Source of the DNA: an uncultured delta proteobacterium
Lineage (GTDB): Bacteria; Myxococcota_A; UBA9160; UBA4427
DNA length: 64,000 nt
Assembly: GCA_963822965.1 (NCBI GenBank)
Contig: CAWGJT010000005.1
Span: 800,001-864,000, forward strand
Reading direction: 5' to 3'
Below the pieces are notes generated by a model that was not told the origin of the DNA, ran no database searches, and saw only the letters and a list, made by a program, of their open reading frames with translations. Position numbers and translations under genes: made by a program. Below are positions 47,081 through 56,149 of the stretch, piece after piece (position 1 is the first letter of the stretch; each line of letters opens with the position of its first letter).

Positions 47081-48934
47081 ATGCTGCGATCGCCCCGACG
47101 CGCATCCCGCACCGACTTCCCTCACACCACTCCCGTCCCGAGCACGAACCCGGGACGCGCGGTGCTCGCACTCGTCGCAGCCGGGCTCCTGATGGCCGGC
47201 TTCGTGTCTGCCGCGAGCGCCCAGGAGGGGGACACCGAGGGGTTCCAGGCCTACGTGAACACCACGGCCCTGAACCTGCGCTCGGCACCGGGCACCCAGG
47301 CGAACGTGGTGGGCATCCTGCTCAAGTACGATCGCATCACGGTGCAGGAGCAGACCCGGATCGGGCCCGCCACGTGGTACTCGGTCGAGGCCGCCGGCGG
47401 CTACACGAACGGATGGGTGAACGCCCGCTACGTCGAGTTCGGCGAGGCGCCCTCCGGCGCCCTCCCCGAAGGCCCGGTGGACTACGGTGCGAAGCAGACG
47501 CCCACCATCATCAAGGGCGACTTCAAGTACCAGGGTCCCGGCGTCTGCCGCGAGTGCCACCTCGAGCCGACGGGCGACTTCCACCTGGGCGCTTCGGTGG
47601 TGTGGCAGCGCCACGTGCACTCCCAGGCGTTCCAGAGCCTCAAGCGCGAGTACACGAAGGAGATCGCGCGGCGCACCCGCGGCGTCGATGATCCGGTCAA
47701 CGACTGGCGCTGCGTGAAGTGCCACACGACGGCCTACGGCGCCCCCGAGAGCCAGATCGCCCCGAGCTACTCGAACGAGGACGGCGTCACCTGCGAGGTG
47801 TGCCACGGGCCATCGAGCCGGTGGGCGAAGGTCGACCACGGCCCCGACGTTCCGAACCGCGAGGCGATGGGCTTCCGCATCCTCAGGAACCTGGACCAGC
47901 GACGGGTGGTCTGCACCAGCTGCCACAACCCGGCGAGCCCCACCTACGTTCCCTTCAACCTGCGCGAGTTCTCCCGGGACATCGCCCACTGGGTCGACCC
48001 CGGAGACAAGGCCTACTACGCCGACGCCACCGCCGAAGCGAAGCGGCGCCAGGCCGCCGTCGAGAACGCACGCCAGGCCAAGGCCGAGCAGGAGCTCGCC
48101 GCGCGCCGCAAGGCCGAGGAGACCGCACAGGCCTCGAAGGAGGACGAAGAGGCCGCGCGCATGCAGGCCGAGAAGGCCGCCAAGGAGAAGGCCGAGAAGG
48201 AGAAGGCCGAGCAGCAGCGCCTGGCGGCCCTCTCCGCCCAGGACCGCGCCGAGGCCGAGCGCATGCAGGCCGAGAAGGCGAAGGCCGAGGCCCAGGCCGA
48301 AGCCGAGAAGAAGAAAGCCGAAGCCGAGAAGAAGAAGGCCGAAGCCGAGCGCCAGAAGGCCGAGGCGGCCGCCGAGGCGAAGCGCATGGAGGAAGCCGAG
48401 CGCCAGAAGGCCGAGGCCGAGCGCCAGAAGGCCGAAGCGGCCCTGGCCCAGCAGAAGGCCGGCGAGGCGGAGCGCGCGAAGGCCGCGGAGAAGACCCGCA
48501 AGCAGGCCGAGAAGCAGGCTCTCGAGAGCGCGTCGAAGTCGAAGGGCGTCGAGCGCTTCCTGGAAGACGTGGACGAGGTGATCATCCTCAACCCCAACGG
48601 CAAGAAGTACAACAAGGTGAAGTTCAACCACCTGGCGCACGCGTCGAAGAAGTACCTGCCCGACGGCGAGTGCCAGACCTGTCACCACACCCAGGAAGGC
48701 GACGAGTCACCCGAGGCCTGCAACAGCTGCCACGACATCGGTGGCGACGCCGACGAGGACAAGGCCAAGAAGCGCTACGTACACACCAAGGACCTGGGCT
48801 TCCCCAAGGAAGGCGACCAGGAGCAGGTGAGCTGCGTGGGCTGTCACAAGTCGCAGAACGAGCTGCTCGCCATGGGCAAGCGGTCGGGCAAGAAGGCGCC
48901 GACGAAGTGCACCCACTGCCACGAGCGGAAGTAG
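47081..48934 (+). CDS. Octaheme cytochrome: SH3b + c554-like tetraheme + TolA-like charged helix + c3-like tetraheme
   Basis: Signal peptide ending ASA-Q, then LNLRSAPGT...GWVNARYV (SH3b). Hemes CRECH, CVKCH, CEVCH and CTSCH, an about 175-aa A/E/K-rich linker, then VKFNHLAH with CQTCHH, CNSCH, CVGCH and CTHCH. Confidence 0.88.
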   Translation: MLRSPRRASRTDFPHTTPVPSTNPGRAVLALVAAGLLMAGFVSAASAQEGDTEGFQAYVNTTALNLRSAPGTQANVVGILLKYDRITVQEQTRIGPATWYSVEAAGGYTNGWVNARYVEFGEAPSGALPEGPVDYGAKQTPTIIKGDFKYQGPGVCRECHLEPTGDFHLGASVVWQRHVHSQAFQSLKREYTKEIARRTRGVDDPVNDWRCVKCHTTAYGAPESQIAPSYSNEDGVTCEVCHGPSSRWAKVDHGPDVPNREAMGFRILRNLDQRRVVCTSCHNPASPTYVPFNLREFSRDIAHWVDPGDKAYYADATAEAKRRQAAVENARQAKAEQELAARRKAEETAQASKEDEEAARMQAEKAAKEKAEKEKAEQQRLAALSAQDRAEAERMQAEKAKAEAQAEAEKKKAEAEKKKAEAERQKAEAAAEAKRMEEAERQKAEAERQKAEAALAQQKAGEAERAKAAEKTRKQAEKQALESASKSKGVERFLEDVDEVIILNPNGKKYNKVKFNHLAHASKKYLPDGECQTCHHTQEGDESPEACNSCHDIGGDADEDKAKKRYVHTKDLGFPKEGDQEQVSCVGCHKSQNELLAMGKRSGKKAPTKCTHCHERK

Positions 48935-49010
48935 CCGAGCGAGGAGCTGGCCGGGCGGGACGGGGGCAGGCGCCGATCCCACCCGCCTGGACGCGGGGCC
49001 GGGGCTCGGG

Positions 49011-51143
49011 TCAGATCCCGCCCTTGCGGGCCAGCTTGATGCCCACATTGCGCAGGAAGCCGATGGGGAGCTCGGCGCCGATCAGCGCGAAGATCATCGT
49101 GTTGGCGATCTCGCGCTCGCCGTCCGGCGTCTTCAGGACCGCTGTCGTCGCGCGGATCTCGCCCATCTGGGACGAAGCCACGATCTCCAGCTGTCCCTCC
49201 GCGGCGGCCGCGTCGACGTCGCTCGAGTTCTTCGGCGTGATGCCGGCGAGCACGGTGCCGCGATGGGAGAGGGTCACCCGGTTGAGCAGCTCGGGCTGCG
49301 ACAGGGCCAGGGCGGCCTCCACGGCCGCGTTGCCGCCGCCCACCACCAGGATGTCCTGCTCGCGATACTCGGCGGCGTCGATCAGGTTGTAGGCGACGCG
49401 CTCGGGGGTCTCTCCGTCCACGCGCAGGCGCCGGGGCGTTCCGCGCATGCCGATCGCCAGCACCACGTTGTGGGTTCGGTACGTCTTGCCGCCCCGCACC
49501 TCGACCGCGAAGCCCCCTTCCGGGTGGGGCTGAATGTCGATCACCTCTTCGCGCTCGCGCATCACGACGCCGGTGCGGGCGATGATGTCCTCCCAACGGC
49601 GCACCAGGGCGTCCTTCGACTCGTCGTCCTCCTGGAAGAACGACCCGTAGTCGGGGATGTCGACCGGCGCGGCCTGGATGATCTTGGCGCGCGGGTAGTC
49701 GCGAATCGTGGCGGCGGCGGTGCTCTTCTCGCACACCACGTAGGCGAGACCGAGGCTCTGGGCGCGGGTGGCGGCGCCGAGCCCCGCCGGCCCGGAGCCG
49801 GCGATGAGCAGGTCGAGCACCCGGTCCTCGGGCGGAGTCTCGTCGGCCGCGGCGCCCGCGCCGCCCTTGTCCTTGCCCATGCGGTTGGCGACGAAGTCGA
49901 CCACGTCGAAGCCCGACTTCATGGCCCGGTTCACGAGCGGCACCCCGGCGAGCTCCCCGATGATGTAGAGGCCGGAGACGCTCGTCTCGTAGTGGGGCGA
50001 GAGGACGGGAACCTCGGGGACGCGCTGCGGCGCCACGTCGGGGTTGGCGGACGCCACCCGGCGCCCGCCCTCGGGCAGGCGCCGCCACGTCAGCACCCAG
50101 CCCGTGCCGCCGAGACCCAGAAAGAGCGCGAGCCAGGGGGTGAACGTCAGGTCGGCGGCCCGACCCCACACGTCCCAGCCCGCGGAACGGGCCTCGTCGT
50201 TCGGCGCCTCGGGGAAGTCGGCTTCGGCGCCGTGGCCGTGCAGCTCGTGGCACGCGGCGCACTCGACTACCGCGCCGCGCTCGTCGTCGGACGCTTCCCC
50301 GCCGTCCGCGATCCCGGTCTCTTCGGCCACCACGGCCCAGCTCGCGTCCTCGGGCTGGTGGGCGTGGCACCCGAAGCAGGTCGCGAGCCGGGTCGCCGTG
50401 CTCGCCACGGGCAGCGCCGATCCCATCTCGTCCGCGTCGCGGATGCCGGTGTGACAGGCTTCGCAGCCCGCCTCGAGATGCTCCTCCGAGTGGCTGAAAG
50501 CGATGCGCGGGAAGCGCTCGAGCTCCAGCGTCACCATGCCGCGGCCCACGGCCTTCTGGAAGCCGGCGTCGTTCCAATCGTCGTGGCACTCGCGACAGCC
50601 CGACCAGCGCACCAGTTGCTCGCCGCCGCGCGTCGCCTCGGCGGTCTCGCCCACGAAGTGGCAGGTCTTGCAGTTCGGGTCGTCGCGGATGTCCGCCTCT
50701 TCGAAGTGCTCCTTGTGGGAGAACTTGCGGAAGGCCCGGGCCTGGGCGCGCTGGGTCGAGCCCGGATCGACGAAGCGCAGCATCTCGCCGTCGACCGCGT
50801 GCGCCGGCACCGCGGCGATGGAGGGATGGGCGTGGCAGCCCGCGCAGTCCTCTCGCGCGTCCGCGACCAGCGACGCGTCGGCGCCCCGATGCTCGGGGTG
50901 GCACTCCGCGCACGAGATTCCCGCGCGCCCGTGCGCGTTCGCGTCGGGCAGCGCGCCGTGACAGCTCTCGCAGCCGCTGGCCACGCCCTGGAACGGCGCG
51001 TGACAGGCCCGGCAGTCGAGATCGAGCTGGGCATGGGTGTCCGACAACGGTCCGGGTGAGAGCACCGGCGCCTCGCCGAAGACCAGCAGCCCGGCCGCCA
51101 GGGCGCCGAGGCCGAGAACGGCGGCGTAGACCCGCAGGATCAC
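49011..51143 (-). CDS. Nonaheme cytochrome c - TM helix - TrxR-fold FAD/NAD(P)H oxidoreductase fusion
   Basis: Nine CxxCH motifs: CRACH, CESCH, CAECH, CAGCH, CKTCH, CRECH, CEACH, CFGCH and CAACH. TM PWLALFLGLGGTGWVLTW, then YETSVSGLYIIGEL, IAGSGPAGL, LAIGMRG and VVGGGNAAVEAA. Confidence 0.88.
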   Translation of the reverse strand: MILRVYAAVLGLGALAAGLLVFGEAPVLSPGPLSDTHAQLDLDCRACHAPFQGVASGCESCHGALPDANAHGRAGISCAECHPEHRGADASLVADAREDCAGCHAHPSIAAVPAHAVDGEMLRFVDPGSTQRAQARAFRKFSHKEHFEEADIRDDPNCKTCHFVGETAEATRGGEQLVRWSGCRECHDDWNDAGFQKAVGRGMVTLELERFPRIAFSHSEEHLEAGCEACHTGIRDADEMGSALPVASTATRLATCFGCHAHQPEDASWAVVAEETGIADGGEASDDERGAVVECAACHELHGHGAEADFPEAPNDEARSAGWDVWGRAADLTFTPWLALFLGLGGTGWVLTWRRLPEGGRRVASANPDVAPQRVPEVPVLSPHYETSVSGLYIIGELAGVPLVNRAMKSGFDVVDFVANRMGKDKGGAGAAADETPPEDRVLDLLIAGSGPAGLGAATRAQSLGLAYVVCEKSTAAATIRDYPRAKIIQAAPVDIPDYGSFFQEDDESKDALVRRWEDIIARTGVVMREREEVIDIQPHPEGGFAVEVRGGKTYRTHNVVLAIGMRGTPRRLRVDGETPERVAYNLIDAAEYREQDILVVGGGNAAVEAALALSQPELLNRVTLSHRGTVLAGITPKNSSDVDAAAAEGQLEIVASSQMGEIRATTAVLKTPDGEREIANTMIFALIGAELPIGFLRNVGIKLARKGGI

Positions 51144-51207
51144 GTCCGCACCTCGTCGGAGCACCGGCCCGCACGTCCGTCGAGCCCAGAGCGTCGAGTC
51201 GTCCGCA

Positions 51208-52089
51208 CTAGTAGTACGCGACCGAGAGCAGGTGGAGCACGACGAGCGCCCCGGCACCGATTGCCAGGGCGTCGTGCGCCAGCAGCCAACCCACCGACAG
51301 CTCGAGGTGGTAGAGGTTGAGATCGAGCCGGCCCTTCTGCTCCGCCAGGTCGATCAGCTCGCGGAACTTGGAGACGTCCGGCTCCTCCATGCCCTCGAGC
51401 AGGCGCCACAGGCGGCCGCGCAGCAGGGCGCCCGGGTCCTGCCGCCGCAAGGTGGCCTCGAAGAGCCGCATGCGGGGAGGCTCCCCCCGCAGCTGGGGGC
51501 GGATCTCCGCCACGTAGGTGTCGACGAGGCGCTCGGAGCCGCCGAGGATCTTCTCCTCCGCCTCCACGTAGATGGCGTTTCGCCGCGCCTCCACGTCCTG
51601 GAGCCGCACCTCGCGCTCGACGATGCCGAGCATCGAACGGGGCAGCCAGAACTGCAGCAGCGCCCCGAATACCCCGCTGGCCACGACGAGGCCGCAGAGG
51701 ACGAGCAGGGCGGACTCCACCCAGGTTCCCCGGCTCGCGCCGGTGTGCCACCACAGCGCCAGCACGAACAGCGTGCCGAACACCAGGTGGGCGGTCCTCC
51801 AGCTCCGCAGGCGGTCGAGCCGCACGGCGAGGTCGCGCAGGGGTCGCAGCAGGCCGACGGTCGTGAACGGGCGGAGCAGCACCAGCGAGACGCGCACCGT
51901 CCGGCGCCGCACGAAGTAGAAGGCGGCCAGGCCCATGAGCAGCAGGGTGAGCGCCCCGCTCGCCACGTCCTCCAGCGGGGAGCGCCCGGCCGCCACCGCC
52001 GCGAGCCCGGCCAGCCCCGCGACGCCCAGCAGCAGCAGCGGTCCGCGGAGCGCCGGCGCCCCAGGGTCGGCGATGCCGGCCCGTCGCAC
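51208..52089 (-). CDS. Membrane protein with two H-x13-H helices (ferric-reductase/cytochrome b-like)
   Basis: HLVFGTLFVLALWWH and HDALAIGAGALVVLH, with about 6-7 TM segments. Confidence 0.7.
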   Translation of the reverse strand: MRRAGIADPGAPALRGPLLLLGVAGLAGLAAVAAGRSPLEDVASGALTLLLMGLAAFYFVRRRTVRVSLVLLRPFTTVGLLRPLRDLAVRLDRLRSWRTAHLVFGTLFVLALWWHTGASRGTWVESALLVLCGLVVASGVFGALLQFWLPRSMLGIVEREVRLQDVEARRNAIYVEAEEKILGGSERLVDTYVAEIRPQLRGEPPRMRLFEATLRRQDPGALLRGRLWRLLEGMEEPDVSKFRELIDLAEQKGRLDLNLYHLELSVGWLLAHDALAIGAGALVVLHLLSVAYY

Positions 52090-52107
52090 GCGCCGAGGAG
52101 GCGGCGC

Positions 52108-54302
52108 TCACGAGTCTCGGGCTCCCGCCGCCTTGCCCACCACCGAGCCCGATCCCACCACGCCTTCCTCGAGCAGGGTGCGCGGGTCGACGCGCATGGC
52201 CGCCCCCGTCGGGCAGGCGTGCACGCAGCCCATGAAGGGAAGGCCGTCGCAGAGATCGCACTTGATGGGATAGCTGGGCGGAACGTGGTGCCCTTCGCCG
52301 GCGGCCGCGGGCTCCTGGGGATCCTCGACCTTCCCGAGGCCGAGCATGCGCTGCAGGAGCCCCTGCTTCTCCGGCGCGCGCCCCGGGTACGGGCGGAAGA
52401 ACACGTGGTCGGGCTGGGCCGCCTGCTTGTTGGCCTGGGCCTCGTCGAACTTGTGGGTCTCGATCATCTGGATGTTGTCGTAGGGGCAGGCGAGCGCGCA
52501 GGCGCCGACGCCCGTGCACAGGTCGTAGTCGATGTAGATCTCGCCCTCGGGCCGGCGTTTGATGGCGCCGGTGGGACACGAGAACATGCACAGCGGGTCG
52601 TCGCAGTGGCGGCACGCCGCGGGCGCCAGGTACTTGCCGAGCTGCACCCCGCGCCGGGTGAGACGGCTCACCCCGTGCAGGTCCTCGCACGCCTCCACGC
52701 ACAGGTCGCACTTCACGCACAGCTCGAGGTCCATGACGAGCAGGGCGTCGGCCTGGATGTACCCCTGCCCCCACTTCTCCAGCTGCCGGGAGAGCTCGGG
52801 ATCGAGGCTCTCGCGGGTGCGCTTGCGATCCTCTTCGAGCTGCCGGAGCCGCTCCACCACCACCGGATGCTGCTCAGCAGCGCCCGGAAGGCCTGCTTGT
52901 CGATCTTCACGATCTCGGCCTTGCCCGCGGTGACGACGCTGGCGCTGCGGGGCGCGTCGTCGAGGATGGCCATCTCGCCGAAGACGTCGCCCGGCCGCAT
53001 GTAGCCCAGGATGCGATCGGGGGCGCCCTCGCGCTTCTTCACCACCTTGAGGAAGCCGTCCCGCACGATCCCGACGATCTCACCCGTCTCGCCCTCGTGG
53101 ATGAGCACGATGCCGGCCTTGTCGTAGAACTCGATCTCGGAGCTCTGCATCAGGTCGCCGATGGCGTCGACGGGAACACCCGCGAGCAGGGGAAGCTGGG
53201 CGGCCATCACGCGCCACGACTCCTCCTTGTGGCGCTCCGCGAGCAGCGCCCGGGCGGCCGCGTTGCGCTCCACGTAGCGGATCTGGTGCCGCGGCAGGCA
53301 CAGCACCTGGGACTCTTCGGTGGCCACGTGGCGCGTGGTGCGGGCAAGGGAGCGCTTCGCCTCCACCAGACCGAAGAAGTCGCCCTTGCGGTGGGTGAGC
53401 AGGGTCTGGCCGCTCTCGGGGTCGAGCGCGTCGATCGAGCCCTTGAGGACCACCCGGAAGTAGGAGTCGAAGCGCTGGGCCTCGCACACCACCTCGCCCG
53501 CCTCGAAGCGCTCGACGTGCAGCTCCTCGTCGCGGCCGTAGGCGGTGAGGAAGAGGGTCCAGTCCTCCTCGCTGAAGGCCTGGAAGAGGGGGGCCTTGGC
53601 GAGCTGGGCCTGGATGACGTCGGCGACCGGCCGCGGTCCCACCGCCGGAAGCATCATCGTGGCCTGGCTGATGCGCGGCGGCTCGGGCGCCCGGCCCACC
53701 TCGCTCGGGATGTGGACGCGCAGCAAGGCGGTGCCGAGACGGATCGCCTGGCCGTCGTAGAGCACGGCGGCCGTGATGCGCTCGGGCGGGTCGCCGACGT
53801 AGACGGCGTTCGTCGCCTTCTGGTCGTTGATCACGTAGCCGGCGCTGGTCTTGGCGACGACCGCATGCAGGCGCGAGACCGTCGGGTCGTCCACCACCAC
53901 GTCGCAGGACGGGTGCCGGCCGATCGTCACGCTCTCCCGGGTGCAGCGCACCTCCCGGGCGGCCGACGGCGGCGCCTCGATGGTGAAGCGCAGGGGCTCG
54001 ACGTCGAGATCGGGGACGGTGTGGTCGAAGAAGATGTAGACGAGGGTGCCGCCGACCCGCAGCACGTCGCCCCCGCGCAGGATCGCCGAGGTGATGGGCC
54101 GATCGGCGTCGCCGAGACGGGTGCCGTTGCGGCTCCCCAGGTCCTCGGCCACCCAGTCCGGGCCCTCTCGGTGGATGCGAACGTGCTGCCGGCTGGCGAC
54201 CGGATCGTCGATCTGGAGATCGCAGGATTCGTCGCGACCGATGGTCACCGGGCCGTGGCCGCGATACTCCGGACCATCGTCGCCGATGCGGATCACGATC
54301 AC
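52108..54302 (-). CDS. FHA-FHA-cNMP-cNMP-polyferredoxin fusion (frameshift near 52875)
   Basis: IGRDESCD...SRQH...SRNGT and IGRHPSCD...SRLH...ATNAV are two FHA domains. FFGLVE...RTT and VFGEMAILDDAPRSASV are two cNMP domains. CVKCDLCVEAC, CRHCDDPLCMFSCP, CTGVGACALACP and KCDLC...CVHACP follow in ORF 52108..52863. Confidence 0.85.
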
Positions 54303-54389
54303 CGGTTCCGCCGCCCCCCGACCTGGATCACGGTCTCGCTCACAGCAGCCACTGTCTCACAATTCAGGCCACGAGGCTAGGCCGAAGCG

Positions 54390-54442
54390 CTAGAGCTCAT
54401 CTCATAAACCCGCTCGGTCGGGGTTTGTGAGATGGGCTCTAG
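54390..54442. repeat. 53-bp CTAG-flanked imperfect palindrome (MITE/REP-like; possibly also a terminator)
   Basis: CTAGAGCTCATCTCATAAACCC-GCTCGGTCG-GGGTTTGTGAGATGGGCTCTAG. The right-hand CTAG supplies the TAG stop of the cyclase gene. Confidence 0.7.
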
Positions 54443-55968
54443 GCGATGGGTCCCGTGGCGCGGAAGGTGACGATCCCCTCATGGTCGAGGGTGCCGGCGG
54501 GCTCGAAGGGCAGACCTTCCGGCAGGGCTCGCAACGTGGCCTCGGAGACGAGCAGCCCGTTCACGTCGGCCGCCTTCTGCAGGTGCCCCGCCGTGTCGAG
54601 CACGTGGCTGTAGGCGACGCCCCGGGCGCGGTCCACCAGCGAGCGACCGGTGTGGATGCCGATGCGGAAGCGGAAGGGAGACGCGAGCACGTTCTGCTTC
54701 GCGTTGAACTCGTCCAGACGGTGGAGGATGGCGCTCGCCGAGCGGACGGCGTCGTGGGTGGATTCGAAGAAGCACATCAGCTCGTCGCCGTTGCTGTTCA
54801 GCACCTGGCCGCCGAACTCGTCGATCACGCTCTCGACGAAGGAGCGGAAGCGTTCGAAGGAGACGATGATGTGCGCCGGTCGGTCGGCCTCGGCCTTCAT
54901 CTTGTACGAGCCCACCACGTCGATGTCGACGAAGCTGCCCTCGACGGAGAACTCCTCCTCGATCAAGCGGTCGTGCTCGAGCTTCTGCTCCATGAACTGC
55001 CGCAGGCTGGGGGTCGCCGGGGCCTTCGGGCCGGCGGACGGGTCCGGGCGCGCGGCGGGCGGAACCGTCGGCTCGAGGGTGGGCCGGGACGACTGCGGCG
55101 GCAGGGTCGGCCGGTCCTCGGTGGAGGTGGGCGTCGGCCCGAGCTGCACCCGGAGCACCACCTGATCGGCCAGCTGGATCTCGTCGCCCTCTCGCAGACG
55201 CCGCTCGCCGGTGACCCGCGCGCCGGCGACGCAGGTCGAGTTGGTGCCCGAGAGATGCACCAGGACCAGCTCGGCATCCCGCCACTCGAAGCGGACGTGT
55301 TGGCGGGAGATGCCGGGCTCAGGAAGCGTCACGTCGCATTGCGAGCTGCGTCCCACCACCGTCGAGTCGACGCGCAGCGGGAAGCTCTCGTTCTCGAGCC
55401 CGGGGATGCCCCGCACCAGCAGGAGCCGCCCGCGCGACTCCACCAGGGTGGTCTGGGTCGCGGCGCCCTCGCCCCGGGCCATCACGGCGGTTTCCTGGGC
55501 GGCTTCGCCCCGGGACTCCGCGATCCGGGCCCTCACGTTCGCCACGTCGGCGATGGGCTCGGTCTCCGCGTCGCGCAGGGAGAAGAGACCCGAGAGCGCA
55601 ATTCCCTTCCGCTGGCGCACCTCGATCTTCTCGAGCCCCATCTGGATGTGGTCCCCCGGCCGGATGCGCTCCTTCCGGATCCGGCGGCCGTTGAGCAGCG
55701 TGGCGTTCGTGGCCTCGGGGTTGTGCTCGATGACGTGGGTGCCGTCCTGGACGCGGATCGTGGCCTGGTGGGCGGACACGGACGTGTCGTGCAGGAGGAT
55801 CGTGCCGGTCTGGCCGGTCTGCGGCTTGCCGCGACCGATGCGGACCTCGGGGCCGTCGACGGTGAACTGCTGGCCGGCGTCCTCCCCTTCGAGGACCATC
55901 AGCTCGAGGACGGTCTTCGGCGCGTCCGCCTGCTGCTTTCGTCCGAATGAGGGCAGCCACTTTGCCAA
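54439..55968 (-). CDS. FHA-FHA-class III (adenylate/guanylate) nucleotidyl cyclase
   Basis: Two FHA domains (IGRG...SVSAHQ...ATNAT and VGRSSQCD...ISRQH...GTNST). Cyclase core DIDVVGS...FGGQVLNSNGDELMCFF...FRIGIHTG...LLVSEAT. Start uncertain (TTG at 55968, or 56079). Confidence 0.88.
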   Translation of the reverse strand: MAKWLPSFGRKQQADAPKTVLELMVLEGEDAGQQFTVDGPEVRIGRGKPQTGQTGTILLHDTSVSAHQATIRVQDGTHVIEHNPEATNATLLNGRRIRKERIRPGDHIQMGLEKIEVRQRKGIALSGLFSLRDAETEPIADVANVRARIAESRGEAAQETAVMARGEGAATQTTLVESRGRLLLVRGIPGLENESFPLRVDSTVVGRSSQCDVTLPEPGISRQHVRFEWRDAELVLVHLSGTNSTCVAGARVTGERRLREGDEIQLADQVVLRVQLGPTPTSTEDRPTLPPQSSRPTLEPTVPPAARPDPSAGPKAPATPSLRQFMEQKLEHDRLIEEEFSVEGSFVDIDVVGSYKMKAEADRPAHIIVSFERFRSFVESVIDEFGGQVLNSNGDELMCFFESTHDAVRSASAILHRLDEFNAKQNVLASPFRFRIGIHTGRSLVDRARGVAYSHVLDTAGHLQKAADVNGLLVSEATLRALPEGLPFEPAGTLDHEGIVTFRATGPIA

Positions 55969-56149
55969 GGTCGGGGCCCTGCTCTCGTGCGTCTCGGGTT
56001 CAGCCGTCGTGCGCGGCGGTTCGTCCGACCGCCACCGCGGGCGGGACGCGGGCAGGCGCCCTCCCCGCTCGGCCGGCACCCATTCTATCCCAAAGCGCGC
56101 GCGAGACCGGTCTCCCGGGCAGGGGCCGGCGGTGCCTCGTCGCCCGCCG

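Noticed and set aside
52108..55968. Pycsar-type anti-phage system (cyclase + cNMP receptor)
   Set aside because: The receptor's output is a polyferredoxin rather than a TIR or pore-forming TM domain, and the context is redox. The cyclase product remains unknown.
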